NCBI GenBank assembly: GCA_035501155.1
Contig: DATJWO010000046.1
Coordinates: 182-64,181 of the forward strand
DNA length: 64,000 nucleotides
From: Bryobacteraceae bacterium
GTDB lineage: Bacteria; Acidobacteriota; Terriglobia; Bryobacterales; Bryobacteraceae
Direction: 5' to 3'
A program made the translations under genes and the position numbers. A model generated the notes under the pieces. It ran no database searches and was not told the DNA's origin. It saw only the letters and a program-made list of their open reading frames with translations. Positions 46,665-54,807 of this stretch are shown here, one piece after another. Numbering within the stretch: the stretch's first letter is position 1; every line of letters starts with the position of its first letter.

Positions 46665-47162
46665 TCAAGCCTGCAATGGCCTACCGATCCTCCGAAGCAT
46701 TTCGTAGCACGTCACGTACTCCACGCCAAACTGCTTGCACACGTTAGGGACCTTCAGTTTTTTTGAGTCGGCTCCTACGAGTTTCTCGTGAGTGACCACA
46801 ATCCCCTCTGTAGCGGCAGCGCAAGCAACTACCCAGAGGTCCGCTCCTTTGAGAAATAGGGCGACTTCCGCGGAAGGGAATTTGCCCTTATCGATGATGT
46901 CGTCGGCAATCGTCGAAAAGTAGTTTTGCATCCGCTCATCTGGCTCAACGAACAACTCTCCGCTGCGTTTTTTTGTGTTCGCCCAATCCGCCAGATCGTC
47001 GGCCCCGGTAGCTAGTTCGTTATATACCATCATCGGAGATCGTACGATACCTTTTGCGACACCCTCCGAGATTACGTCCCAGAAGCCAGGAGCAATATCG
47101 AACGCATAGTAGAGATTCTTGGCTTGCAGAAACACATTACTATCAAGCCAAAAGGTGGGCAT
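46665..47162 (-). CDS. DUF4411 family PIN-like nuclease (putative toxin/effector)
   Basis: 165 aa. MPTFWLDSNVFLQAKNLYYAFDIAPGFWDVI...VYNEL...DDLADW matches the DUF4411 N-terminal signature. There is 1 nt between the upstream stop and its ATG. Confidence 0.75.
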   Translation of the reverse strand: MPTFWLDSNVFLQAKNLYYAFDIAPGFWDVISEGVAKGIVRSPMMVYNELATGADDLADWANTKKRSGELFVEPDERMQNYFSTIADDIIDKGKFPSAEVALFLKGADLWVVACAAATEGIVVTHEKLVGADSKKLKVPNVCKQFGVEYVTCYEMLRRIGRPLQA

Positions 47163-47163
47163 C

Positions 47164-48339
47164 CTATTGCGCTTTCCCCTCCGCGTAAGCGATCACTTTG
47201 GCGACCGTTGGAACTTTGACATTTAGTAATTGGGCCGCTTCGCGGTATAACGCGTGACCGTCATTGACGGCCCCGATGACGGTCCGTGTGAATGTTGCGC
47301 TATTCCGCACGAAGAGTGTTGGGAAAAAGTTTCCTCCCTCGCGCTCCTCTTCTTGCAACCTGTATTGGCCTTCGACGGTTTTATATTCGCGTAGGAATGC
47401 TTCCCGATCAATCTTTCCAAGATCAAAGCCACGCCTCAGTGCAACAAGACGGCTCACCTTGAAGTGGCGGGAGACGACTTGGATATTCATTTCCACGGAC
47501 AACTGTTGATCCCAATGGCTCTTGAACTCTTCAGAGGGAACCAATACCTCTGCCGCTATGTGATCACAGAGTACTTCCACCCGGCTGTCCAAGACGTCGG
47601 TGATCCGATTCATCTTTTCGTCAGAGACGCCACTTTGACCAATCCAGATATGTGCTAGTTCGTGAGCCAGGGTGAATATCTGCGCTGCGCGCGCATCCGC
47701 TCCATTTACAAATATAAGAGGAGCAAACTCATCGTTGATCGTAAATCCACGGAACTCTTCCGGTTTCAGTCTGCGATGGGGATTACCTCCAACAATTCCG
47801 CTCTTGAGAACCAGAATGCCGATTGCTTCGGATCTCTTGACGATCTCGCTCAGAAATCCTTCCCAGTTCGACGCTTCTCCCCTGACCGCTGTACTTATGC
47901 CGATTGTTTCTCGGATGCTACGGGCGATACGGATGGAATCCGTAGAATCCCTGAACTGTCCTACAAATGGTACACGCGCTCGGTTCTCCTCGCGAAGAAA
48001 CTCGCGGTACCATTGCTGCTTGATGATCGCATCGTTCAATACGTCAATCAAGTCCGCAGAAGGCATCGAGCCTTTGAACTGGGTGCCCGATCTGAAATCA
48101 GCTATGGGCAACGTCTCGTTTGGAGGTTCGGATAAAAACAAATAACCGAATGGTATGTGTAATGCTCCAGCAACATGTTCTGCTTGCCGTATAGAGGGTC
48201 GCCTGTCTCCCTGTTCCCACGCTGTAAGACGATCAGGCCGCGTATTGACTCGCTGCGCTAGTTCATCCACGGACAGACCAGAGCGTTGCCGCGCCCAGCG
48301 CAATACGCTAGGACTAATGAATGCTGGTGTTGCGCTCAT
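47164..48339 (-). CDS. XRE-HTH + ImmA/IrrE family zinc metallopeptidase
   Basis: 391 aa with GGAGG 9 nt upstream. N-terminal HTH (LRWARQRSGLSVDELAQRVNTRPDRLTAWEQG) and HELAHIW (HExxH) in the peptidase domain. Confidence 0.85.
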   Translation of the reverse strand: MSATPAFISPSVLRWARQRSGLSVDELAQRVNTRPDRLTAWEQGDRRPSIRQAEHVAGALHIPFGYLFLSEPPNETLPIADFRSGTQFKGSMPSADLIDVLNDAIIKQQWYREFLREENRARVPFVGQFRDSTDSIRIARSIRETIGISTAVRGEASNWEGFLSEIVKRSEAIGILVLKSGIVGGNPHRRLKPEEFRGFTINDEFAPLIFVNGADARAAQIFTLAHELAHIWIGQSGVSDEKMNRITDVLDSRVEVLCDHIAAEVLVPSEEFKSHWDQQLSVEMNIQVVSRHFKVSRLVALRRGFDLGKIDREAFLREYKTVEGQYRLQEEEREGGNFFPTLFVRNSATFTRTVIGAVNDGHALYREAAQLLNVKVPTVAKVIAYAEGKAQ

Positions 48340-48449
48340 TGTGCTATCCTCCGTTCAGGAGGTGCATCCAGAGACGCACTCATACTGTATTGCTCTCGCG
48401 AGGCGTTCGCAGCGCCACAGAGAGCACTAGGCACCCAACCAAAGATTTC

Positions 48450-48480
48450 TAAAAAGCCGTGATTCGCAGTCACGGCTTTT
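48450..48480 (-). terminator. Bidirectional rho-independent terminator downstream of the transposase gene
   Basis: AAAAAGCCGTGA-ttcgcag-TCACGGCTTTTT. The stem is flanked by an A-run and a T-run, and it begins 7 nt after the transposase stop. Confidence 0.6.
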
Positions 48481-48486
48481 TGTTTT

Positions 48487-49452
48487 CTATGCACTCATTC
48501 CGGGTGATTCCCGGTATAGCAATCTCTTTCCTTCAACCTGCTTGATGGCCAGATCGCGGCGTTCCACGTCCGTCATCTTCCGGGTATTGTATCGGAAGTC
48601 GAACTCGCTCAGGTAACGGTGCAGGTGGCGCTTGCCAACGTGATGGTAGACACCGTTCACGCCGCGCTTCAAGATGCCGAAGAAGCCTTCGATGGAATTC
48701 GTGGAGATCATCACGCCGTCCTCGTAGCGGACGTACTCGCCCGCGCTGTGGTTCACCATGTCGTGACGGTATTCTTTGTGGGTGAACTTCAACGCCGTTC
48801 CGCTGTCGGTCATGACGTGCGCGGACTCATCGACCATCTGGCGAACGACAGGTTTCAGGGTCTTGGCAGTGACCTTTTCCACGTGCATGGATTGAACCCG
48901 ACCGCCGCGCTGGAGGACGCTGACGACCGCTTCCTTGCCTTCAAAAGGGGCAGGCCGATCCTGTTCACGCTCTCCGGGCTTCGTCGCGTGCGGGAAGCGG
49001 TTGCGCCGCTTGCCGCCGACATAGGTTTCGTCGATTTCGATTGTGCCAGTGAGCTTTGATGATAACGGCTCCTGCGCCATAGCCCAACGAATCCGATGCG
49101 CCATGAACCATGCGCTTTTGTAGGTCACGCCAAGCATGCGGTGAAGTTGATGGGCGCTCATGCCCTTCTTGCTGGCGCACAGAAGATGGAAGGCGTAGAG
49201 CCACTTGTTCAGCGGGATGTGGCTGTCTTCCATGATCGTGCCGACCGTGACGCTGAATTGCTGTCCGCAAGGCTTGCATTTCCACACGCCCTTTCGGGCG
49301 TGGGTCTTCTTGCCTTCCTTCGGCTCCAGCTTCGTAGCGTTGTTTTCCGCCTCGCAGTGCGGACATACCGGGCCGTTCGGCCAGCGCTTCGCTTCTAGGA
49401 ATTGGCGTGCCTTTTCTTCATCTTGGAAGTGAGGAGCAACTAGGTCTGCCAT
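48487..49452 (-). CDS. IS1595 family (ISXO2-like) DDE transposase
   Basis: 321 aa. N-terminal zinc ribbon (CPHCE...CKPCG), HTH-like ...KKGMSAHQLHRMLGVTYKSAWFMAHRIR, and DDE contexts EIDETYVGG, VMTDS and NSIEGFF. Confidence 0.9.
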   Translation of the reverse strand: MADLVAPHFQDEEKARQFLEAKRWPNGPVCPHCEAENNATKLEPKEGKKTHARKGVWKCKPCGQQFSVTVGTIMEDSHIPLNKWLYAFHLLCASKKGMSAHQLHRMLGVTYKSAWFMAHRIRWAMAQEPLSSKLTGTIEIDETYVGGKRRNRFPHATKPGEREQDRPAPFEGKEAVVSVLQRGGRVQSMHVEKVTAKTLKPVVRQMVDESAHVMTDSGTALKFTHKEYRHDMVNHSAGEYVRYEDGVMISTNSIEGFFGILKRGVNGVYHHVGKRHLHRYLSEFDFRYNTRKMTDVERRDLAIKQVEGKRLLYRESPGMSA

Positions 49453-49458
49453 GCTTCA

Positions 49459-49488
49459 ATTATGCGCCGGACCATCCTGGTTTGTCAA
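49459..49488 (-). promoter_or_regulatory. Candidate transposase promoter inside the right inverted repeat
   Basis: On the minus strand, TTGACA (49488-83), an 18-nt spacer, then CATAAT (49464-59). The -10 ends 6 nt before the ATG, which implies a near-leaderless mRNA. Confidence 0.4.
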
Positions 49489-49509
49489 GTATATAATTTC
49501 GATTAAATC
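49479..49509. repeat. Right inverted repeat
   Basis: The reverse complement of 49479-49501 is CGAAATTATATACTTGACAAACC, a 22/23 match to 44547-44569. Confidence 0.6.
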
Positions 49510-49782
49510 CCTTGACAGCGAGTGACATTAGAGTTACTTAATAACTAGGAGCTGAGGACGAAGTTGGCTCAGCGGAGTGGAGAAAGACCTAAGGAGGTCC
49601 TATCGACAGCGATTACCTTTCGGGGCGGCTACCAGCTTCCTCGACATGCGAGGCTTAGGGCGGACAAAGCAGGGTGAGAAAAAGTTGGCCTCACCGGCTA
49701 GCGGCGGTTTCACCGCACTCCAGAAGCCCGAGTCCGTAGAGCGGGGGTTGGCGGCCGTCCCGAACTCACTTCAGGCCTTTAT

Positions 49783-49812
49783 TTGACAGTCGGTTTTTCC
49801 CTCCAGTAGATT
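49783..49812 (+). promoter_or_regulatory. Candidate promoter for the Wzt-like gene
   Basis: TTGACA (49783-88), an 18-nt spacer, then TAGATT (49807-12). The GTG start follows 7 nt later, so the mRNA would be leaderless. Confidence 0.3.
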
Positions 49813-49819
49813 CGAGTTA

Positions 49820-51148
49820 GTGCCGCGACCCATTATTGAGTTCCGGGGTGTCTCGAAGAGCTATCCGATCTACTCCTCCCCAAGCGCGCGGCTCAAGGAA
49901 CTTCTCTGCCTGAATCGCATCTCCTTCCATCGCGACTTCGCCGCACTCCAGGACGTCAGTTTCGAGATCTTTCCCGGCGAAACCTTCTGCATCGTGGGTG
50001 AAAACGGCTCCGGCAAAAGCACTCTGCTGCAGATCGTCGCCGGCATCTTGTATCCAACGCACGGCGAAGTCAGCGTGAACGGGCGCGTCGCGGCGCTGCT
50101 GGAACTCGGGACTGGCTTCAACCCGGAGTTCACCGGCCGGCAAAATGTCTATTTGAACGCCGCGATCCTGGGCCTCTCGCGCAAAGAAATCGATGCCAGG
50201 TTCAGCCTGATTGAGGAGTTCGCCGAGATCGGCGAGTTCATCGATCAACCCGTGAAAACATATTCGAGCGGCATGGCCATCCGGCTGGCCTTCGCAGTGG
50301 CAATTCATGTCGACCCGGAAATCCTGCTGGTCGACGAAGCGTTGGCTGTAGGCGACATCTACTTCCGCCAGCGCTGCCTCCGCAAAGTTCACGAGCTGCG
50401 CGCCGCCGGCGTTACGATCCTATTCGTCTCACATGCTGTCTCCGAAGTGAAGGCCATTGGCGATCGCGCCCTGTGGCTCGACTCCGGCCGCGCGCGCGAA
50501 CTCGGCGGCACCGACGCCGTCGTCACCAAGTACATGGCCGCGATGGCCGAGAAAGACAACGTCTATCTTCAAGCGGCGCACCAGAAGGAGCAGAGCATAG
50601 AGCACGCGCCGGTGCTGGCGCCTGAAATTGCCGACTCGATTCCCAACATCGACCACCGCTTCGGCGACGGCCGCGCCGAAGTAATCGGCATCGCCGTTCT
50701 GGACCCCGCAGGCTCACCGGTTTACGTCCTGGAGCCGTCTTCGTCCATCGTAGTTCGCATCAGCGTCCGCGCACATGAAAACATCACACTACCGATCGTC
50801 GGCTTCATGATGCGCAATCACATTGGGCTGGATTTCGCCGGCACCAACACCGCGCGCGAAGGCTACGACCTGCCGCCGATGTCCGCAGGCGACGTCTACA
50901 CCGTGGACTTTCATCTCCAGATTCCCGAACTGTATCCTTCGGCTTTCTCTTTCTCGCCCGCTATCGCCGATGGAACGCTGCACGCCTACCGCACCTGCGA
51001 CTGGATCGACAACGCGATCGTTCTCCAGATGAGTCCCACCGAAGGCCAGATCTACGGGCACGTCCACTTGCCCTGCCGCGTCGAGGTGAACCGGCCGCTG
51101 GTCGAACGCGCCGCGGCCTTGTCTCACGCGGAGCCGAACGTTGGTTGA
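49820..51148 (+). CDS. Polysaccharide/O-antigen ABC exporter ATP-binding protein with C-terminal Wzt_C-like carbohydrate-binding domain
   Basis: 442 aa. NBD motifs GENGSGKSTLL (Walker A), YSSGMAIRLAFA (signature) and ILLVDEAL (Walker B). The roughly 190-aa C-terminal beta-rich extension matches the Wzt pattern (...GDGRAEVIGIAVLD...). Confidence 0.85.
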   Translation: MPRPIIEFRGVSKSYPIYSSPSARLKELLCLNRISFHRDFAALQDVSFEIFPGETFCIVGENGSGKSTLLQIVAGILYPTHGEVSVNGRVAALLELGTGFNPEFTGRQNVYLNAAILGLSRKEIDARFSLIEEFAEIGEFIDQPVKTYSSGMAIRLAFAVAIHVDPEILLVDEALAVGDIYFRQRCLRKVHELRAAGVTILFVSHAVSEVKAIGDRALWLDSGRARELGGTDAVVTKYMAAMAEKDNVYLQAAHQKEQSIEHAPVLAPEIADSIPNIDHRFGDGRAEVIGIAVLDPAGSPVYVLEPSSSIVVRISVRAHENITLPIVGFMMRNHIGLDFAGTNTAREGYDLPPMSAGDVYTVDFHLQIPELYPSAFSFSPAIADGTLHAYRTCDWIDNAIVLQMSPTEGQIYGHVHLPCRVEVNRPLVERAAALSHAEPNVG

Positions 51149-52334
51149 GTTTACAGGCGAGCGCGTCATTCCCGGCCAAGTGACCGACGATCTCTGGAGC
51201 GAGCACCTCGCGCGCTATGCCTACGCGCGCCGCTACACGGAACGCAAACGCGTTCTCGACGCCGGATGCGGAACCGGCTACGGCTCGGCGGAATTGGCCC
51301 TCTCGGCCGGCAGCGTCACGGGCGTAGACATTTCAGACGACGCGATCGCGTTTGCCCGCTCGAATTACCGGCTTCCCGGCCTCCGCTTCGCTGTATCGTC
51401 CTGCACGGCAATGCCGTTCGCGGGAAACAGTTTCGATATCGTCGTCGGCTTCGAAGTAATCGAACATCTCACGAAATATCGTGCGTTCCTGGATGAGTGC
51501 GCTCGCGTGCTGACGCATTCCGGCCTGTTCATCGTCTCCTCACCCAACAAACGCTACTACACCGAATCGCGCGGCGGCGCGGGACCCAATCCCTATCACG
51601 AGCACGAGTTCGAGCCGGACGAATTCTTCCGCGAACTGGAACGCGTCTTCCAACACGTGCGCATCGTGGAACAGAATCGCGTGGAGGCTTTCGCGTTTCA
51701 TCCCGCCGTCGGATTCGGAACAGCGGACGCGCGCATCGACGCGAGCGAGAGCGCCGAGCACGCGCACTTCCTGATCGGTCTCTGCTCCTTCTCGGCGCCG
51801 CCGGATCCGAAGCCTTTTATCTATGTGCCCACTGCCGCCAATCTTTTGCGCGAGCGCGAACAGCACATCCGGCTCCTCGAACATCAACTCCATGAGGCGC
51901 GGACAGAGCGCGATTCGGTCCTCGCCCTTTACCGCCGCCAAACCGATGAAATGGAGGAACGCAATCGCTGGGCGGAGCGGCTCAATGATGATTTGAAGGC
52001 CGCCGGCGAGCGCATCGCCGCTTTGCAAATCGAGGCAGCCGAACTGGCTCGCGGTTACCAGGCCCAGCTTTCGAAGCTCGAAGAAGAGGATCGCATCAAA
52101 ACCGAGTGGGCGCGCAAGACCTCGGCCGAACTCGCCGCCAAATGCCAGGAACTGGCCGATTGCGTGAAGCTGCTCGACACCGCCGAAGCCTCCGTCCGCG
52201 AGCGCACGCTCTGGGCGCAGACGGCCGAGGCGCAGCGCGAGCACCTGGCCGCGCAATTGGACATCGTGCGTTCGTCTCGCTGGCTCAAGTTGAGCCGAAG
52301 AGTCGGGCTCGGCCCTATAGTAGAAAAGCCCTGA
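51141..52334 (+). CDS. Class I SAM-dependent methyltransferase fused to a ~150-aa C-terminal coiled coil
   Basis: 397 aa. VLDAGCGTGYGSAELA (motif I). The C-terminal half is heptad-like and rich in E/R/L/A/Q (LLREREQHIRLLEHQLHEARTERD...AQREHLAAQLDIVRSS). The TTG start overlaps the Wzt end by 8 nt. Confidence 0.8.
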   Translation: MVEFTGERVIPGQVTDDLWSEHLARYAYARRYTERKRVLDAGCGTGYGSAELALSAGSVTGVDISDDAIAFARSNYRLPGLRFAVSSCTAMPFAGNSFDIVVGFEVIEHLTKYRAFLDECARVLTHSGLFIVSSPNKRYYTESRGGAGPNPYHEHEFEPDEFFRELERVFQHVRIVEQNRVEAFAFHPAVGFGTADARIDASESAEHAHFLIGLCSFSAPPDPKPFIYVPTAANLLREREQHIRLLEHQLHEARTERDSVLALYRRQTDEMEERNRWAERLNDDLKAAGERIAALQIEAAELARGYQAQLSKLEEEDRIKTEWARKTSAELAAKCQELADCVKLLDTAEASVRERTLWAQTAEAQREHLAAQLDIVRSSRWLKLSRRVGLGPIVEKP

Positions 52335-52338
52335 CGCG

Positions 52339-54687
52339 GTGCGAACGTTACTCATCATTCTCTGGCGCTTCCTCAAGTCTCTGCCGCAGGTGTTGCTGTT
52401 TCCTTTTCTGCTGTTGTTGGCGATGGCCGCGCTCGCCGTCTCCGACCTCGCAACGGCCTTCCGCCAGAAACGACTTCCGCCGAACAGCCGTCCGTCCAAT
52501 ACTTCGGCGAGTGTCGTCATCCCCAACTGGAACGGCCGGGATCTGCTCTCCAAGTACCTGCCGTCGGTGATCGAAGCCATGGCCGGCCATCCGGACAACG
52601 AAGTGATCGTGGTCGACAACGGCTCGGAAGACGGCAGCGCGCAGTTCATCCGTGAGAACTTTCCTTCCGTCCATCTGGTCGCGCTGGATCGCAACCTGGG
52701 TTTCGGCGGCGGCTCCAACGCGGGTTTCCGCACGGCCAAGAACGAGATCGTCGTGCTGCTGAACAGCGACATGCGAGTCGAACCGGATTTTCTTGCGCCG
52801 CTGCTCGCCGGCTTCAGCGACGAAACCGTCTTCTCAGTCGCTTGCCAAATATTCTTCAGCGATCCGAACCGCATTCGCGAGGAGACCGGACTCACGCAAT
52901 CCTGGTGGGAGAACGGAGCGCTGCGCGTGCGGCATCGCGCGGATGCAGCCATTCAATCGCTCTATCCCTGCGCCTACGGCGGCGGCGGTTCCTGCGCGTA
53001 TGACCGCCGGAAGTTTCTCGAACTCGGCGGATTCGACGAGTTGCTACGACCCTTCTACCTCGAAGACACCGACCTCGGCTACCTGGCGTGGAAGCGCGGC
53101 TGGAAGGTTCTGTATCAGCCGAAAAGCGTCGTCTATCACGAGCACCGCGGCACCATCGGAAAGCGCTTCACGCCCGCGCAGATCGATGCGGTTCTCAAGA
53201 AGAACTTCGTTCTGTTTTGCTGGAAGAACATCCACGAGTGGCGGCGACTTGGCTCGCACTTCTTCTTCGCCTATGCCGGCGCCTTAGTCGGAGTGTTCTT
53301 CGGCGATTCGCCCGAGCGCGCCAATTTCGCAGGACTCTGGCGTGCCTTCCGGCAGCTTCCGGCAGCGATGGGCTCACGCACGCGGGCACGGGCCCTGGCC
53401 ACCATCGACGACACGGAGGCGTTCCGCAGACCGTTGGGCGGCTATTTCCGCGACCGCTTCGCCGTCACCCCGAAAGATCCCGAGCGCCTTAGCGTGCTCT
53501 TCGTTTCGCCTTATCCGATCTGCCCGCCCATCCATGGCGGCGGCGTCTTCATGTACCAAACCGTCATGGAGCTGATTCCACGCACCGAACTGCACCTGCT
53601 GATCATGCTCGATTACGCTTGGCAGCGCCCGCCGCACGTAGAACTTGAACAAGTGACTGCATCGGTAGATTATCTGGTGCGCACCGAAGGCAATCTGAAA
53701 GAGCTCGGCTCTATTCTTCCGAACGCAGTGCGCGAATGCGCGAACCCGGACCTCGAGTGGATGCTGCATCGCGAGATCTACCTGCGCAACGTCGATGTCG
53801 TTCAACTGGAATACACGTCGCTCAGCCAGTATTGGTGCGACTTCCAACAAATCGCGTGCCTGCTCTTCGAACATGACATCTACTTTCAATCCATCGCACG
53901 CGCGCTCGGCGGCATGCGCGGGGCCGTCAAGAGCGTGAAGGCCGCTTACGAATACCTTCGCGCGCTGCGTTTCGAGCTGCGGATGCTGCCGCGCTTCGAC
54001 CGCGTGCAAGTGTGCAGCACGGCCAATGCCGGCTACCTGCTCTCGTACCTGCCGCGCCTGAAGGACCGCATCGACGACAACCGCGCGGGCATCGCCACGG
54101 CGCGCTACGAATTCCGGCCGGGCGACCGCGAGCCGCAGACGATGCTGTTCCTCGGCAGCTTCCGCCATTTGCCCAATCAGGAAGGCCTGGCGTGGTTCAC
54201 GCGCAAAGTGCTGCCGCGCGTGCTGGAACGCTCGCCCAACGCGAGATTGGTGATCGTAGGCGCCGAGCCACCGCCGCGGCACTCGCTGCCGCATCTTCCC
54301 GGCAACATTGAACTCCGCGGCTTCGTCGAGGATGTTCGCGAACCGCTCTCTCGCTACTCGCTGTTCGTCTGCCCGATTCTCAGCGGATCGGGAATGCGCG
54401 TGAAGCTGCTGGAAGCGTTCGCCGCGGGCATCCCTGTCGTCTCGACGCACCTGGGCGCTGAAGGCTTGGCGGAAAAGGACGGCGAGATCTGTGCGCTGGC
54501 CGACGACCCGGCCGCGTTCGCCGAGCGCATCCTCGAACTGTTCCACGATCCCGCAACCGCGCGTCAAATGGCCTGCCGGGCGCGCGAGCACGTAGTCTCC
54601 ACGCGCGACATGCGGGTCCTCACGGAACGCCTGGTGGAAAGCTACCATGCGGTGGTTCGCCAAAAGCGAGGGCGAGTTCCTTTATAG
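52339..54687 (+). CDS. Bifunctional glycosyltransferase (N-terminal GT2, C-terminal GT4/GT-B)
   Basis: 782 aa. GT2 motifs: VVIPNWNGRDLL...VIVVDNGSEDGS...LLNSDMRVE. GT4 motifs: ...FLGSFRHLPNQEG...GSGMRVKLLEAFAAGIPVVST. Confidence 0.85.
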   Translation: MRTLLIILWRFLKSLPQVLLFPFLLLLAMAALAVSDLATAFRQKRLPPNSRPSNTSASVVIPNWNGRDLLSKYLPSVIEAMAGHPDNEVIVVDNGSEDGSAQFIRENFPSVHLVALDRNLGFGGGSNAGFRTAKNEIVVLLNSDMRVEPDFLAPLLAGFSDETVFSVACQIFFSDPNRIREETGLTQSWWENGALRVRHRADAAIQSLYPCAYGGGGSCAYDRRKFLELGGFDELLRPFYLEDTDLGYLAWKRGWKVLYQPKSVVYHEHRGTIGKRFTPAQIDAVLKKNFVLFCWKNIHEWRRLGSHFFFAYAGALVGVFFGDSPERANFAGLWRAFRQLPAAMGSRTRARALATIDDTEAFRRPLGGYFRDRFAVTPKDPERLSVLFVSPYPICPPIHGGGVFMYQTVMELIPRTELHLLIMLDYAWQRPPHVELEQVTASVDYLVRTEGNLKELGSILPNAVRECANPDLEWMLHREIYLRNVDVVQLEYTSLSQYWCDFQQIACLLFEHDIYFQSIARALGGMRGAVKSVKAAYEYLRALRFELRMLPRFDRVQVCSTANAGYLLSYLPRLKDRIDDNRAGIATARYEFRPGDREPQTMLFLGSFRHLPNQEGLAWFTRKVLPRVLERSPNARLVIVGAEPPPRHSLPHLPGNIELRGFVEDVREPLSRYSLFVCPILSGSGMRVKLLEAFAAGIPVVSTHLGAEGLAEKDGEICALADDPAAFAERILELFHDPATARQMACRAREHVVSTRDMRVLTERLVESYHAVVRQKRGRVPL

Positions 54688-54688
54688 C

Positions 54689-54720
54689 CCTTCTAGTACT
54701 CAGAAGGCGTTTCTTTTATT
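54689..54720 (+). terminator. Candidate intrinsic terminator after the GT2-GT4 gene
   Basis: CCTTCT-agtactc-AGAAGG followed by CGTTTCTTTTATT. A perfect TATAAT hexamer follows at 54753-54758, upstream of the next gene. Confidence 0.45.
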
Positions 54721-54807
54721 GATTCCGCAGCGCCATCGACGCTGTTCGGCAGTATAATGAGGCTCCCTTAGAAATCTCAAACGCTAGTGCTTTGGAGGCC
54801 AGAGGAG

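Larger units (their letters stand above)
44539..49509. mobile_element. Putative ~5-kb IS1595-family transporter-IS / transposon-like unit with passenger genes
   Basis: Bounded by a 22/23-nt inverted repeat (44547-44569 versus 49479-49501). It contains one IS1595-type DDE transposase at the right end. GC content is visibly lower than the flanks. No integrase and no clear target-site duplication were found. Confidence 0.45.

Noticed and set aside
49703-49714. An ops/JUMPstart-like element (GGCGGTTTCACC) in the leader of the polysaccharide locus. The 49.56-49.78 kb GC-rich leader was also considered as a known ncRNA.
   Set aside because: It does not match the GGCGGTAGnnTG ops core. I could not recognise RNase P, SRP, tmRNA, 6S or riboswitch core motifs in the leader. 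The 69-aa ORF there (49577-49786) has no RBS or family.
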